A stretch of 64,000 bases of DNA from a virus: positions 1-64,000 of the IMG/VR virus record IMGVR_UViG_3300032087_003621; one strand, 5' to 3'. Made by a program: the position numbers and the translations under genes. The notes beneath the pieces are model-generated. The model was given only the letters and a program-made list of their open reading frames with translations, was not told the DNA's origin and ran no database searches. Of the stretch, positions 35,846 to 44,382 are shown piece after piece; within the stretch, counting starts at the first letter, position 1, and each line of letters begins with the position of its first letter.

Positions 35846-35871
35846 GAATATAACGTATTCCCAAATTTCAT
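35835..35871. repeat. 37-bp imperfect palindrome, copy 2
   Basis: ATGAATTTTAGGAATA-TAACG-TATTCCCAAATTTCAT. Confidence 0.8.
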
Positions 35872-35882
35872 GGTTCAAACCC

Positions 35883-35911
35883 TTGACTTTTACAGCGAAA
35901 TGACCGATAAT
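35883..35911 (+). promoter_or_regulatory. sigma70-type early promoter
   Basis: TTGACT-17-GATAAT. Confidence 0.7.
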
Positions 35912-36064
35912 ACCTGTATTGAATGAGAGAACGGAGAGATTAGAAACCAACTGAATCGAGATAGAAAACAACTGAATGCTACTGGAGTCTACGGACTAGA
36001 ATTTAACTGAAAGCAACTGGAACTCGAACTGGAATCTCTCCCCCCACTTTAAAAAGGAAATGAA

Positions 36065-36352
36065 ATGTTAAAGTTTGAAAATACTGCTGAAATTGGTGAC
36101 ATGATTCGTGCTTATGACTTCGAACCCATTCCGGGCCGTCCTGAGTTCTATGTCACGGGTCGTGTTGTGGCAAAAGGTCCTATCTATCATGAAGCTGGTC
36201 GATACATCTGCGATGGTTACACCATCATCTGCCACTATGACTGTGATGATGACCGTCGCCATGGGGAAACGATTTATGTGCCCTTTGAAATGAGTCTCAC
36301 AGACTTTGACAACCGTATTGAAAATATCACTAAAATGGTGGAGGTAGCGTAA
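36065..36352 (+). CDS. Hypothetical early protein
   Basis: AAGGA RBS. IGDMIRAYDF...G.V pattern. Confidence 0.65.
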   Translation: MLKFENTAEIGDMIRAYDFEPIPGRPEFYVTGRVVAKGPIYHEAGRYICDGYTIICHYDCDDDRRHGETIYVPFEMSLTDFDNRIENITKMVEVA

Positions 36353-36606
36353 TGGTAGCAGCAAACTTGAAGATGCAGAAAATCCCTGTAGCAGTAACTC
36401 GGGTGGATGTGATTCGTGAGATGAAGCGTATGCTTGACAAGAAGATTGCCAAAACTATGACGCAGTTGCACAAGTATGAACAAGATGGCAATGAAGAGAT
36501 GGCGAACTGTATGGATTGGTACGCCGAGGGCATGGAGTATGCTGTCGCCTGCATCTTGTCGCTTGACGAAGAGTACAAGAAAGTGTATACTGTAAAGGTG
36601 TCGTAA
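36352..36606 (+). CDS. Hypothetical protein
   Basis: GGAGG RBS, coupled to the upstream stop. Confidence 0.55.
   Translation: MVAANLKMQKIPVAVTRVDVIREMKRMLDKKIAKTMTQLHKYEQDGNEEMANCMDWYAEGMEYAVACILSLDEEYKKVYTVKVS
36563..36591 (+). promoter_or_regulatory. sigma70-type promoter for the tRNA/ncRNA cluster
   Basis: TTGACG-17-TATACT. Confidence 0.6.
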
Positions 36607-36815
36607 AAATATCTCCTTGGGGGTGGTTCCCCGTTGCGGGGAGGGTAATGCCTCCCCCATATATAATATTTCTTGGTAAGATAGTCTTTCTTGTTCTCCT
36701 CTCAACTTAGGACTATCGGATACAGTGCGGGGCGGAGTATGTCTCACTAAAGAGGTGGAGGGGCAACTGTATCACTTTAACTATTAAGGAAACGAAAATA
36801 AGAAAACACTTAAAA

Positions 36816-36891
36816 GCCGCTATAGCTCAGCAGGTAGAGCAACTGATTTGTAATCAGTAGGTCCCGAGTTCGATTCTTGGTGGCGGCACCA
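36816..36891 (+). tRNA. tRNA-Thr(TGT)
   Basis: 76-nt cloverleaf, anticodon loop TTTGTAA, GTTCGA T-loop, encoded CCA. Confidence 0.95.
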
Positions 36892-36895
36892 TTAT

Positions 36896-36971
36896 TCCCT
36901 GTTAGCTCAGTTGGTAGAGCAAATGACTGTTAATCATTGGGTCCGTGGTTCGAGCCCACGACAGGGAGCCA
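36896..36971 (+). tRNA. tRNA-Asn(GTT)
   Basis: 76-nt cloverleaf TCCCTGT...ACAGGGA-G-CCA, anticodon GTT. Confidence 0.95.
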
Positions 36972-36973
36972 AT

Positions 36974-37033
36974 TCCGGAGAGTATCCCAACAACTCTGAT
37001 AGTGGGTGAGGAAAGGCTGGCAGGCCCGGACCA
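36974..37033 (+). ncRNA. Candidate CCA-ended small structured RNA
   Basis: TCCGG/CCGGA closing stem plus CCA. Internal AGAGT/ACTCT stem with CCCA/TGGG pseudoknot. GGC-TGGCAG-GCC hairpin. Confidence 0.45.
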
Positions 37034-37279
37034 ACACACAACAATGGAGACAACGACGGTTGCTCTCAGGTCTGCCATTTAATATTATGTTAGAACAATA
37101 CGCACATGAAATCGTTGTTTTGTTTTTGTTCGGATTGGGCATACTGTTGTTTTATCTTGGACTGAAAGATGTTAATGCCAAAAAAGATTAATGGACAATG
37201 GTTTCAGGGAGATACTCTGGTTGGTGAACCACAAATTGTTAGTAATGAGGAAAAAGAACAATATGTCCAATCTCAACTT

Positions 37280-37364
37280 GGAAGGGTGGGTGAGTGGTTA
37301 AAACCATCAGACTGTAAATCTGACGCCGATGGCTACGCTGGTTCGAATCCAGCCCCTTCCACCA
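37280..37364 (+). tRNA. tRNA-Tyr(GTA)
   Basis: 85 nt with long variable arm, anticodon loop CTGTAAA, GTTCGAATC, CCA. Confidence 0.95.
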
Positions 37365-37387
37365 ATGACTTGCCGAGGATGTAAAAA

Positions 37388-37630
37388 ATGTTTAATAGAA
37401 TCCATAAAATTGAAGAGTATTTCGAAGGACAAATCTATGACTCCGCTGTACAAATGGTTGAAGAACTATTTGAGTGTGATGTTCCCGATTTGACGAAAGA
37501 ACAGATTGACATGTTGGGAGAATGGATTGAGAATAACGAGTACAGTGTAATGTGTTCGGGTTTCAATCAAGTGATTCATTGGTGGGAAGATGCCAACATG
37601 TTCGATGAAGAATACGATGATGAAACTTAA
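37388..37630 (+). CDS. Acidic hypothetical protein
   Basis: GAGG RBS, 80 aa. Confidence 0.55.
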   Translation: MFNRIHKIEEYFEGQIYDSAVQMVEELFECDVPDLTKEQIDMLGEWIENNEYSVMCSGFNQVIHWWEDANMFDEEYDDET

Positions 37631-37847
37631 TTTGACTTTACTGGATTTATTTGGTATTCTATATCTAATCTTTTTGATGCTTCTATTAATGGGGAGTGAT
37701 AATAGTGATTGATGAAATTCTAAATCTGTTTGGTCTGTTTTTGTTTCTATTGGTTGGAATTTGTGGTTGCGTATACGCATTGAACCCTAGCGACAAATAT
37801 GAACTTTATAAGAAAAGTGATGAACATTACAATGATGAGGATTGTAC

Positions 37848-38042
37848 ATGATAACCCGAAGTGATTTGAACGAACATGCATTTGAGCAATTGATACGTAA
37901 TGAATTAATTGAGCAACTTGCAGATGTAGAAGATACTATGAACGATGATAGTATTCGTGATACTAAATTGGTTGAAGCGTTTAAACGTGTAATTGCATAC
38001 AACAGTGTGCCTGGAACTTATGAGGACGGAAAGTATGACTAG
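37848..38042 (+). CDS. Hypothetical protein
   Basis: GAGG RBS. Overlaps the thyX start. Confidence 0.55.
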   Translation: MITRSDLNEHAFEQLIRNELIEQLADVEDTMNDDSIRDTKLVEAFKRVIAYNSVPGTYEDGKYD

Positions 38043-38718
38043 TGAAGTGAGTCTTGTTGGTATGACGCAACCCAGTGCAACTACTGGTTGTCATACAGCA
38101 AATGAATTGATTGCCTATGCGGCTCGTGTAAGCAATCCTAGTAATCAAAACAATGAGAAAACTGCACCCAAGTTGTTGCGGTATCTTATCAAAGAAGGTC
38201 ACTGGTCGCCGTTTGAAATGGTGAGTGTCACGATGGAAATCAAAACGACTCGGGACATCTCGCGCCAAATTCTTCGTCACCGTTCGTTTTCGTTTCAAGA
38301 GTTTTCTCAACGTTATGCGGTCAGTGAAGGGTTTAACACTAATCGAGAGGCACGTAAACAACATCCTACAAATCGTCAGCTGTCAATGATAGACGAGGAC
38401 ATCGAGAAACAACGCAAGGCTCAAGAAGTGTTCAGTGAAATGCAGGCAGAGGTTTGTAAAGTCGCCAAAGATTACTATGAAATGGCACTGAACACTGGTA
38501 TCGCAAAAGAACAGGCACGTGCTCTACTACCCGAAGGTTTGACAGAGACAACTGTCTATATGGCAGGAACATTACGTTCATGGATTCACTACTGTGAATT
38601 GCGTAGAGGTCATGGAACGCAAGCCGAACACATTGAAGTTGCGGATAAGTGTTGGGATGTTCTTGGAACACATTTTCCTGATGTCATTAAAGCTGTGGAG
38701 ATGTTACATGAAGATTAA
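38035..38718 (+). CDS. thyX: Flavin-dependent thymidylate synthase
   Basis: AARVS, HWSPFE, RHRSFSFQEFSQRY ThyX motif, EQARALLP, LR..HGTQAEH. Confidence 0.95.
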   Translation: MTSEVSLVGMTQPSATTGCHTANELIAYAARVSNPSNQNNEKTAPKLLRYLIKEGHWSPFEMVSVTMEIKTTRDISRQILRHRSFSFQEFSQRYAVSEGFNTNREARKQHPTNRQLSMIDEDIEKQRKAQEVFSEMQAEVCKVAKDYYEMALNTGIAKEQARALLPEGLTETTVYMAGTLRSWIHYCELRRGHGTQAEHIEVADKCWDVLGTHFPDVIKAVEMLHED

Positions 38719-38884
38719 AATAACCAAAGGTCATGCTAAAGGTAGGAAAGGTACCGTAGCAGAAAAAACTGACGATGGTGTATTGGTGTTGATGGACCGT
38801 AAGCGAGACAAAAACTACAAACATCACAAAACTGAATACTATGTGTTTATTGAGGAAGGTTCCTATGAAGTTCGAAATCGGTAA
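38708..38884 (+). CDS. Small KOW/SH3-like protein
   Basis: IKITKGHAKGRKGTV. GGAG RBS. Confidence 0.45.
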   Translation: MKIKITKGHAKGRKGTVAEKTDDGVLVLMDRKRDKNYKHHKTEYYVFIEEGSYEVRNR

Positions 38885-39284
38885 AGAATACGTTATCGGC
38901 AACAAGTATAAAAAATCTGTCGAAGAATTTTCTTTTCTTAACAGAGAAAAGGACAGAATGGTTATCGAAATCTTGTGGCGAAGTGGTGAGTGGTTGGTCA
39001 CTCCGCAAGATGAAGATGAGTGTGAAATACTTCAAGACGCTTATGACAATGAATCAGACATGGAGGTTTGTTTTCAAGAGATGGAGTTCTTGTATACCGA
39101 TGACGGTATCTACGAAGAGTTCAAATTCTATGGTGACGTTGAATTTAACGAAGATGAGCAAGAGCGCCTTAAAGAAGGATATTACGACGAAGGGTATTGT
39201 TTCCTCGAAGAAGAAGGTTTTATCGAACTAGACCCCGAGGTGTATATCATTGGAGGTATTCGAGCTGAGGAGAAAACAGTATGA
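38865..39284 (+). CDS. Acidic hypothetical protein
   Basis: GAGG RBS. KKSVEE...WRSGE motif. Confidence 0.6.
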   Translation: MKFEIGKEYVIGNKYKKSVEEFSFLNREKDRMVIEILWRSGEWLVTPQDEDECEILQDAYDNESDMEVCFQEMEFLYTDDGIYEEFKFYGDVEFNEDEQERLKEGYYDEGYCFLEEEGFIELDPEVYIIGGIRAEEKTV

Positions 39285-39329
39285 ACGGTAAGAAGGCAAA
39301 ACTTTTAAGAAAAAATACTGATGGAGGGG

Positions 39330-39358
39330 TTGACAAGAAAGTTAAAAGGATGTATAAT
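39330..39358 (+). promoter_or_regulatory. sigma70-type promoter
   Basis: TTGACA-17-TATAAT, perfect consensus. Confidence 0.8.
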
Positions 39359-39434
39359 CAACTTTCACATCACGACAAAAACGTGTTAACTCAGGTTTTT
39401 GATTTCGCCAAATCTATCAAAAAAGAAGAGGACG

Positions 39435-40052
39435 ATGAACGTATTCGTACTGAATAGAGACCCAGTACAATGTGCTAAGGAACATATCGACAAACATGTT
39501 GTAAAAATGTGTACCGAATATGCTCAATTACTTAGCACTTGCCATCGAACAGTTGACGGCACATATTGGAGAGGAACAACCCAGAATGGTCGTTCCGTTG
39601 CAAGATACTATCTTGACGATTCCTATATGAATATTACTTTGTATAAAGCCTGTCATATCAATCACCCATGTAATATTTGGTTACGAGAGTCAGCCGAAAA
39701 TTATAAGTGGTTATACAAGTTATGGGTTCATCTCGGTAAGGAGTATACATATCGGTATGGTAAAATTCATAAGTCTCTATTTGACCTACGTAAGGTCCTA
39801 TTAGAACCACCAGAAAATTTAGAGTCTAAGGGTTTTACAGAACCACCTCCTGCAATGAGTGAGTTTCCTCAGTGCATCGTTGAAAATAATATTGTCGCTT
39901 CTTATCGCAATTACTACTGGGAAGCTAAACGAAGTTTTTCTTCATGGACTCGAAGAAACCCTCCAACGTGGTGGAAAGAATTTGAAAAGAGAGAAAAGGA
40001 AGGTACTCTTGGAATGTTAAACGATAATAACAATGGTTTAATTTTGGAGTAA
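39435..40052 (+). CDS. Pyrimidine-dimer DNA glycosylase / endonuclease V-like protein
   Basis: MNVFVL..DP..CA..H.DKHVVKM..EYAQLLST, YKACHINHPCNIW, EYTYRYGKIH, YRNYY. Confidence 0.75.
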   Translation: MNVFVLNRDPVQCAKEHIDKHVVKMCTEYAQLLSTCHRTVDGTYWRGTTQNGRSVARYYLDDSYMNITLYKACHINHPCNIWLRESAENYKWLYKLWVHLGKEYTYRYGKIHKSLFDLRKVLLEPPENLESKGFTEPPPAMSEFPQCIVENNIVASYRNYYWEAKRSFSSWTRRNPPTWWKEFEKREKEGTLGMLNDNNNGLILE

Positions 40053-40054
40053 AA

Positions 40055-40363
40055 ATGTCTGGTAAAGGTTCAAAACGCAGGCCAACATTAGTCGAACAAG
40101 AACTAGTTGACCGTAATTGGGATATAATTTTTGGTGGAAAAAATATGAAACACGAACACAAACGTGGTGTCATCTCTGAAGAAATTTCAAAGTACATGTC
40201 TGAAAACGGTAAAAAGGAGGCCATCGTAATCAGAACTGAAAAGGGTTATATGGTCGAACTGTACGAAAGAAGTCGTTACATTCGTACAGTGGATGTATCA
40301 GAACACAATTTGACTTACGCAGAAGATACTGCTGAGAATTACGTACTGGATGTGTTCGAATAA
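40055..40363 (+). CDS. Hypothetical protein
   Basis: MSGKGSKRRP...NWD.IF and YAEDTAENYV motifs. Confidence 0.55.
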   Translation: MSGKGSKRRPTLVEQELVDRNWDIIFGGKNMKHEHKRGVISEEISKYMSENGKKEAIVIRTEKGYMVELYERSRYIRTVDVSEHNLTYAEDTAENYVLDVFE

Positions 40364-40617
40364 ATCCCTTGAATATAATCCTCAAATTGTTCGACCTTCT
40401 GTAATCTGTTAGGCCAATAAATATAGTCTTTCTCAGGATTCTTTTTGAGATTCGACAACAACGGTTGAATTGCATTGTATAATTTATCTAGTTTTTGTTG
40501 AGTAGTACTCACATCAGCAGATACAGATTGTATGGTTTGGTTCGCTTGTTGAACCGCATCCAATTCATCTTCTGTGACCGCTGTAAAACCGAAATCGAAA
40601 ATATCACTACTTGACAT
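40339..40617 (-). CDS. Conserved T4-like hypothetical protein
   Basis: FDFGFTAVTEDEL...LYNAIQPLLSNLKKNPEKDYIYWPNR. Start trimmed to 40617. Confidence 0.65.
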   Translation of the reverse strand: MSSSDIFDFGFTAVTEDELDAVQQANQTIQSVSADVSTTQQKLDKLYNAIQPLLSNLKKNPEKDYIYWPNRLQKVEQFEDYIQGIYSNTSST

Positions 40618-40675
40618 CTGAAAACCTTTATGGTAAGCTTGTACAGTATTTAGGGTTAATAAGGAATTAACATTT

Positions 40676-41173
40676 ATGAACAAATGGGAAGAACCCGAAA
40701 AAGAGATTAAGCGAAAAAAGATTCGTCGTAAAAGAAAACCTATGACGGAAGAACAAAAGAAGGCTGCAGCTGAAAGACTGGCACTCGCACGTGCTGCGAA
40801 AGGTCCGGTCAAGAATCTCTCACTTCCTGAGAACATTCGTAACTTAACAGATGACCATTATCTTTCACCCAAGAAAGTTAAACAATGGTTAAAGGTGTGG
40901 AAAGCTAAACTAACTGGAATCAAGTATTGGAAAGATTCCAAAGACCGAAAAGAAAGACTAGAATATCAGATTGCTGAAACGTATGTGAAGAATATGCAAA
41001 GCTATCTGACCACTGGTATCTGGTCTGACTTTCGTTACGGAGAAAACAGAGAACACAAAATCGTCTGGAAGGTTGTTGCCCCTGCATATGAATCCAATGG
41101 TGAAATGAAAAGAACGCAGGGTTACTTCTATGACGATATTGGTTTTTACGGTAACCAAGGAGGGGAAGAATAA
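40676..41173 (+). CDS. Conserved hypothetical protein upstream of gp33
   Basis: RKPMTEEQKKAAAERLALARA...YL.TGIW.D.RYG. Confidence 0.6.
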   Translation: MNKWEEPEKEIKRKKIRRKRKPMTEEQKKAAAERLALARAAKGPVKNLSLPENIRNLTDDHYLSPKKVKQWLKVWKAKLTGIKYWKDSKDRKERLEYQIAETYVKNMQSYLTTGIWSDFRYGENREHKIVWKVVAPAYESNGEMKRTQGYFYDDIGFYGNQGGEE

Positions 41174-41421
41174 TGACAATCGGGTTGGATGGTCTAATGT
41201 TAACTAAGAACAAATTTTCTAAGATGGTTGAAGATGTGGTGAAAACTAGCAACAGTTCCTATATGGATGCTATCATTCACTTGTGTGAAAAGAACAACAT
41301 CGAGATTGAAGATATCAAAAAATATATCTCACCGACCATCAAAAACAAACTTGAGGTTGAGGCTCAAAACCTGAACTTCATGGTAGAACCTAAAGGCAAT
41401 ACCTTGCCATTGGGTGAATAA
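41173..41421 (+). CDS. gp33: Late transcription coactivator gp33
   Basis: FSKMVE..V.....SYMDAIIHLCEKNNIEIE.IKKYIS..IK.KLEVEA.NLNF. Confidence 0.85.
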   Translation: MTIGLDGLMLTKNKFSKMVEDVVKTSNSSYMDAIIHLCEKNNIEIEDIKKYISPTIKNKLEVEAQNLNFMVEPKGNTLPLGE

Positions 41422-41429
41422 TGTGGTAT

Positions 41430-41437
41430 TATAAATA
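41430..41437 (+). promoter_or_regulatory. T4-type late promoter before gp32
   Basis: Exact TATAAATA. Confidence 0.75.
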
Positions 41438-41512
41438 CTTCATATATTATGTGAATAAAGTGGATACGCTGAAATACAAAAAAACATACACTGAACATAC
41501 GAGGAAATACAT

Positions 41513-42406
41513 ATGTCTTTTGCAAATCTAAAGCGCAATCGCGCTAACTCTATCGCTAAACTTGTCGCCGCAGCTGGTGATAGTGGCGAACAAAAAAAAT
41601 CAACAAAATCCTATGTCGATGAACGCCAATGGAAACCTACTGTCGATAAGGCAGGCAATGGTTACGCCGTTCTTCGATTCCTTCCTGCTGCGGAAGGTAA
41701 CGACCTACCTTGGGTTCGTTATTGGGACCACGGGTTCAAAGGTCCAACTGGACAATGGTATATCGAGAAGTCTCTGACATCCATTGGTCAACAAGACCCT
41801 GTTTCAGAAATGAACAGCAAGTTGTGGAACTCTGGTGTTGAATCCGACAAAGAACTTGCGAGAGAACGCAAGCGTCGATTGCACTATGTTGCGAACGTTC
41901 TTGTTGAACAAGACGCAAGCAACCCTGAAAACGAAGGTAAGGTTATGCTCTTTACTTTCGGTAAGAAAATCTTTGACAAGATTATGGATGTGATGCAACC
42001 TCAGTTTGCAGACGAAGAACCAATGAACCCCTTTGATTTCTGGGATGGTGCTTCATTCAAATTGAAGATTCGCAATGTCGAAGGTTATCGTAACTATGAT
42101 AAGTCTGAGTTCTCTTCTCCATCTCCTCTTTCGGAGAATGAAGCTGAACTAGAAGAGGTTTACGACCAACTTCATGACCTGAATGAATTCACTGATGCCG
42201 CAAACTACAAGTCTTATGATGAGTTGTATGCAAGGTTGATGTTGGTTCTAGGTGAAGCGACTAACAATAGTTATCGTCCCGAACTGGAAGAGGTTGAAGA
42301 ACCTGTTGAACGTAAAACTTCTCCAGCGCCAGAGATTGCTTCTGCGAGTGACGAGGATGACGATGACACTATGTCATACTTCGCCAAGTTGGCCGCTGAA
42401 GAATAG
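41513..42406 (+). CDS. gp32: Single-stranded DNA-binding protein gp32
   Basis: MSFANLK, DKAGNGYAVLRFLP, GKKIFDKI, NYDKSEF, acidic tail SYFAKLA. Confidence 0.95.
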   Translation: MSFANLKRNRANSIAKLVAAAGDSGEQKKSTKSYVDERQWKPTVDKAGNGYAVLRFLPAAEGNDLPWVRYWDHGFKGPTGQWYIEKSLTSIGQQDPVSEMNSKLWNSGVESDKELARERKRRLHYVANVLVEQDASNPENEGKVMLFTFGKKIFDKIMDVMQPQFADEEPMNPFDFWDGASFKLKIRNVEGYRNYDKSEFSSPSPLSENEAELEEVYDQLHDLNEFTDAANYKSYDELYARLMLVLGEATNNSYRPELEEVEEPVERKTSPAPEIASASDEDDDDTMSYFAKLAAEE

Positions 42407-42482
42407 GGTTGATTACCTTGGGTATCCTGCAGCGACTTTACCTAAGTCACAAATAAGACGGGACATCACCAAAACAATTACT

Positions 42483-42504
42483 AGGGGACTGCGGTCCCCT
42501 TTTT
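42483..42504 (+). terminator. Rho-independent terminator
   Basis: AGGGGAC-TGCG-GTCCCCT-TTTT between convergent genes. Confidence 0.85.
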
Positions 42505-42507
42505 ATT

Positions 42508-44382
42508 TTAGTAACTCATTGAAAGACCATCGACAGCAGATGGTGTGTCGAAGTATGCAGAAGATTGACTAACGTTACTTACGTTAGACGTTGGTGCATT
42601 CACTACGTTGACAGCTTGTTGACTTTGTTGGTCCGCTTTCGCCTCTTCACGAGCTGTTGTCTGAGTACCCAATTCCTGAGTAATACTCGCTCTCTTTGTT
42701 TCTGCTGGTGCAACCTCAACTGGTGAGGTTTCCGCTGGAGATGAGAAGAAATCTCCAATCTTATCCAAAACAGATTTCTGTTTATTTTCTAAAAACATTC
42801 TAACTTCATCTGGTGACGCACCGTCAGCAATCAATCGTCTCACTTGACCAAAAGTAATACCTGTAACCTTATATTCTTGCATAATGTTGTTAAGTTCATT
42901 ATCAGCATCTCTAGTTTGATACACAATGGTGCCTTCACCCGTTTCTGTGTCGAACTGACCAATTATTTCTTTATTTTTACTTGTTGTCATTTCTTCACCT
43001 AGAAATGCAGTCCGGGCGCCACGTCCAGTCTGTTCACCTTCAATAGAGGTAATCATACTTTTTGTTGTTGTCTGAGTATCAACACTACCGTCGCTTGACT
43101 GGGTTGATACGGTATCAACACTTTGACCAGCTGATATATCCGAAGTATTTGCATCAGGCATAAAAGGATAGAAAGGACCAAACCCAACTTTGCCGATAAC
43201 AGGTACATCGAACTCGATACGAGGTACACCAATCTCAGCGAACATATTAGTGAGCATAGACTTTATCTTACTCAAGTCGAACATTTCTCCCATATCAGTG
43301 AAGAAATCACCGATACCTGTTAACGTCTCATCGAACCATGTTGATATAGCGTCGATGGTTTCATTAAACCACGCTGTGATTCTATCTGGGATACCTGTAA
43401 TCCAAGTTTCGAAGGTATCCATCAACTCAGCGAACCCTTCTTGGAAACTGAACGAATCTAGGAAACTTTCTATCTCAGTGAAACCAAGTGCTCCTGCAAG
43501 CCAGGATACCATGTCTTTAATTAAATCGGCTGGCCACATGATGATTGCACTAATAACTTGTTCTATACCTCTAGAGATGCCTCGAAGAAATCTTTCGGCT
43601 AAATTATCATCTTCGTTTGCAGTGAAACCTTCAATAAAACCATCTATGACGTTATAAAGCGCATAAAGAGGTAAAAGTATTCTTCCAAATACTCGTAACA
43701 GGTTTTTACCTATTTTAATGATTGCTGGAAGTAGTGTCTTCGTTATAAAAGTTGCTGCGGCGGTAACGGAAGTTATAATCCCCTTAACTAATAACACTAT
43801 TCCTGTACCAATCGTTTTAAAAACTGGAATCAATAAAGGAACGACACGTGCTACAGTCGCTATGACACCACTAATCACACCACCTACGCCCATTAAATCA
43901 GCGACATATTTTAGAAATCCTTTTTCTTCTAATTCTTTTTGTGCATCACCGACATCTTTAAGAAAAGTTGAAGTAAACCCTTTGGAACCTTCTCTTTTCT
44001 CTTCAGACTCTCCAAGAGCCTCTCTTTTGGCCTTTTGTTCTTCGTTTTCCGCCTGTTCACGATTTAAAAGAAGTTGTTCCTCTTCGTTTTCTAAAGATTC
44101 TTTTTGTATAGTAATTGATTGAATATGATTCTGATTGATTGAATCAAACATTTTAGAAATGTTTTTTGTGAAGTCTTTAATATCGTTAGAAATACGAATT
44201 AACGTTTTATCCATTGACATAAAGATTGAACGGATTTCGACTGTAGGGTCATCAGAAGAAGAACCACCTCCACCACCCATCATTGCGGCATTTTGGGCTT
44301 GTAAGGAACGTGTAACTTCTACTAGGTTAGCAGTAGCTGGTAAAAGTTCACCTGAGATTGTTTGTATGTCGTTATCCGCCAT
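42508..44382 (-). CDS. Tape-measure/baseplate hub protein (gp29-like)
   Basis: 624 aa, helical with hydrophobic stretches and W/F-periodic repeats, ending VNVVNAPT. Position in the tail module. Confidence 0.6.
   Translation of the reverse strand: MADNDIQTISGELLPATANLVEVTRSLQAQNAAMMGGGGGSSSDDPTVEIRSIFMSMDKTLIRISNDIKDFTKNISKMFDSINQNHIQSITIQKESLENEEEQLLLNREQAENEEQKAKREALGESEEKREGSKGFTSTFLKDVGDAQKELEEKGFLKYVADLMGVGGVISGVIATVARVVPLLIPVFKTIGTGIVLLVKGIITSVTAAATFITKTLLPAIIKIGKNLLRVFGRILLPLYALYNVIDGFIEGFTANEDDNLAERFLRGISRGIEQVISAIIMWPADLIKDMVSWLAGALGFTEIESFLDSFSFQEGFAELMDTFETWITGIPDRITAWFNETIDAISTWFDETLTGIGDFFTDMGEMFDLSKIKSMLTNMFAEIGVPRIEFDVPVIGKVGFGPFYPFMPDANTSDISAGQSVDTVSTQSSDGSVDTQTTTKSMITSIEGEQTGRGARTAFLGEEMTTSKNKEIIGQFDTETGEGTIVYQTRDADNELNNIMQEYKVTGITFGQVRRLIADGASPDEVRMFLENKQKSVLDKIGDFFSSPAETSPVEVAPAETKRASITQELGTQTTAREEAKADQQSQQAVNVVNAPTSNVSNVSQSSAYFDTPSAVDGLSMSY

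Noticed and set aside
35228-36060. CRISPR mini-array next to the Cas4-like exonuclease
   Set aside because: There are only two 37-bp copies, about 570 bp apart with genes between them. The short leader repeats have no unique spacers of regular length. The nuclease is a core T4-like exonuclease.
37008-37020. RNase P RNA-like GAGGAAAG
   Set aside because: It is followed by GCTGG rather than TCC, and there is no room for the rest of RNase P RNA or its other conserved regions.
36972-37033. Theta/HDV-like ribozyme after tRNA-Asn
   Set aside because: Only 3 nt lie between the P2-like strand and the P1 3' strand, leaving no room for P3/L3. The tRNA already encodes CCA.
36274-37384. ORFs 36274..36747(-), 36930..37142(-), 37006..37191(+, 5' part) and 37169..37384(+)
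   Set aside because: They overlap tRNAs or structured RNA, or lie antisense to better-supported genes.
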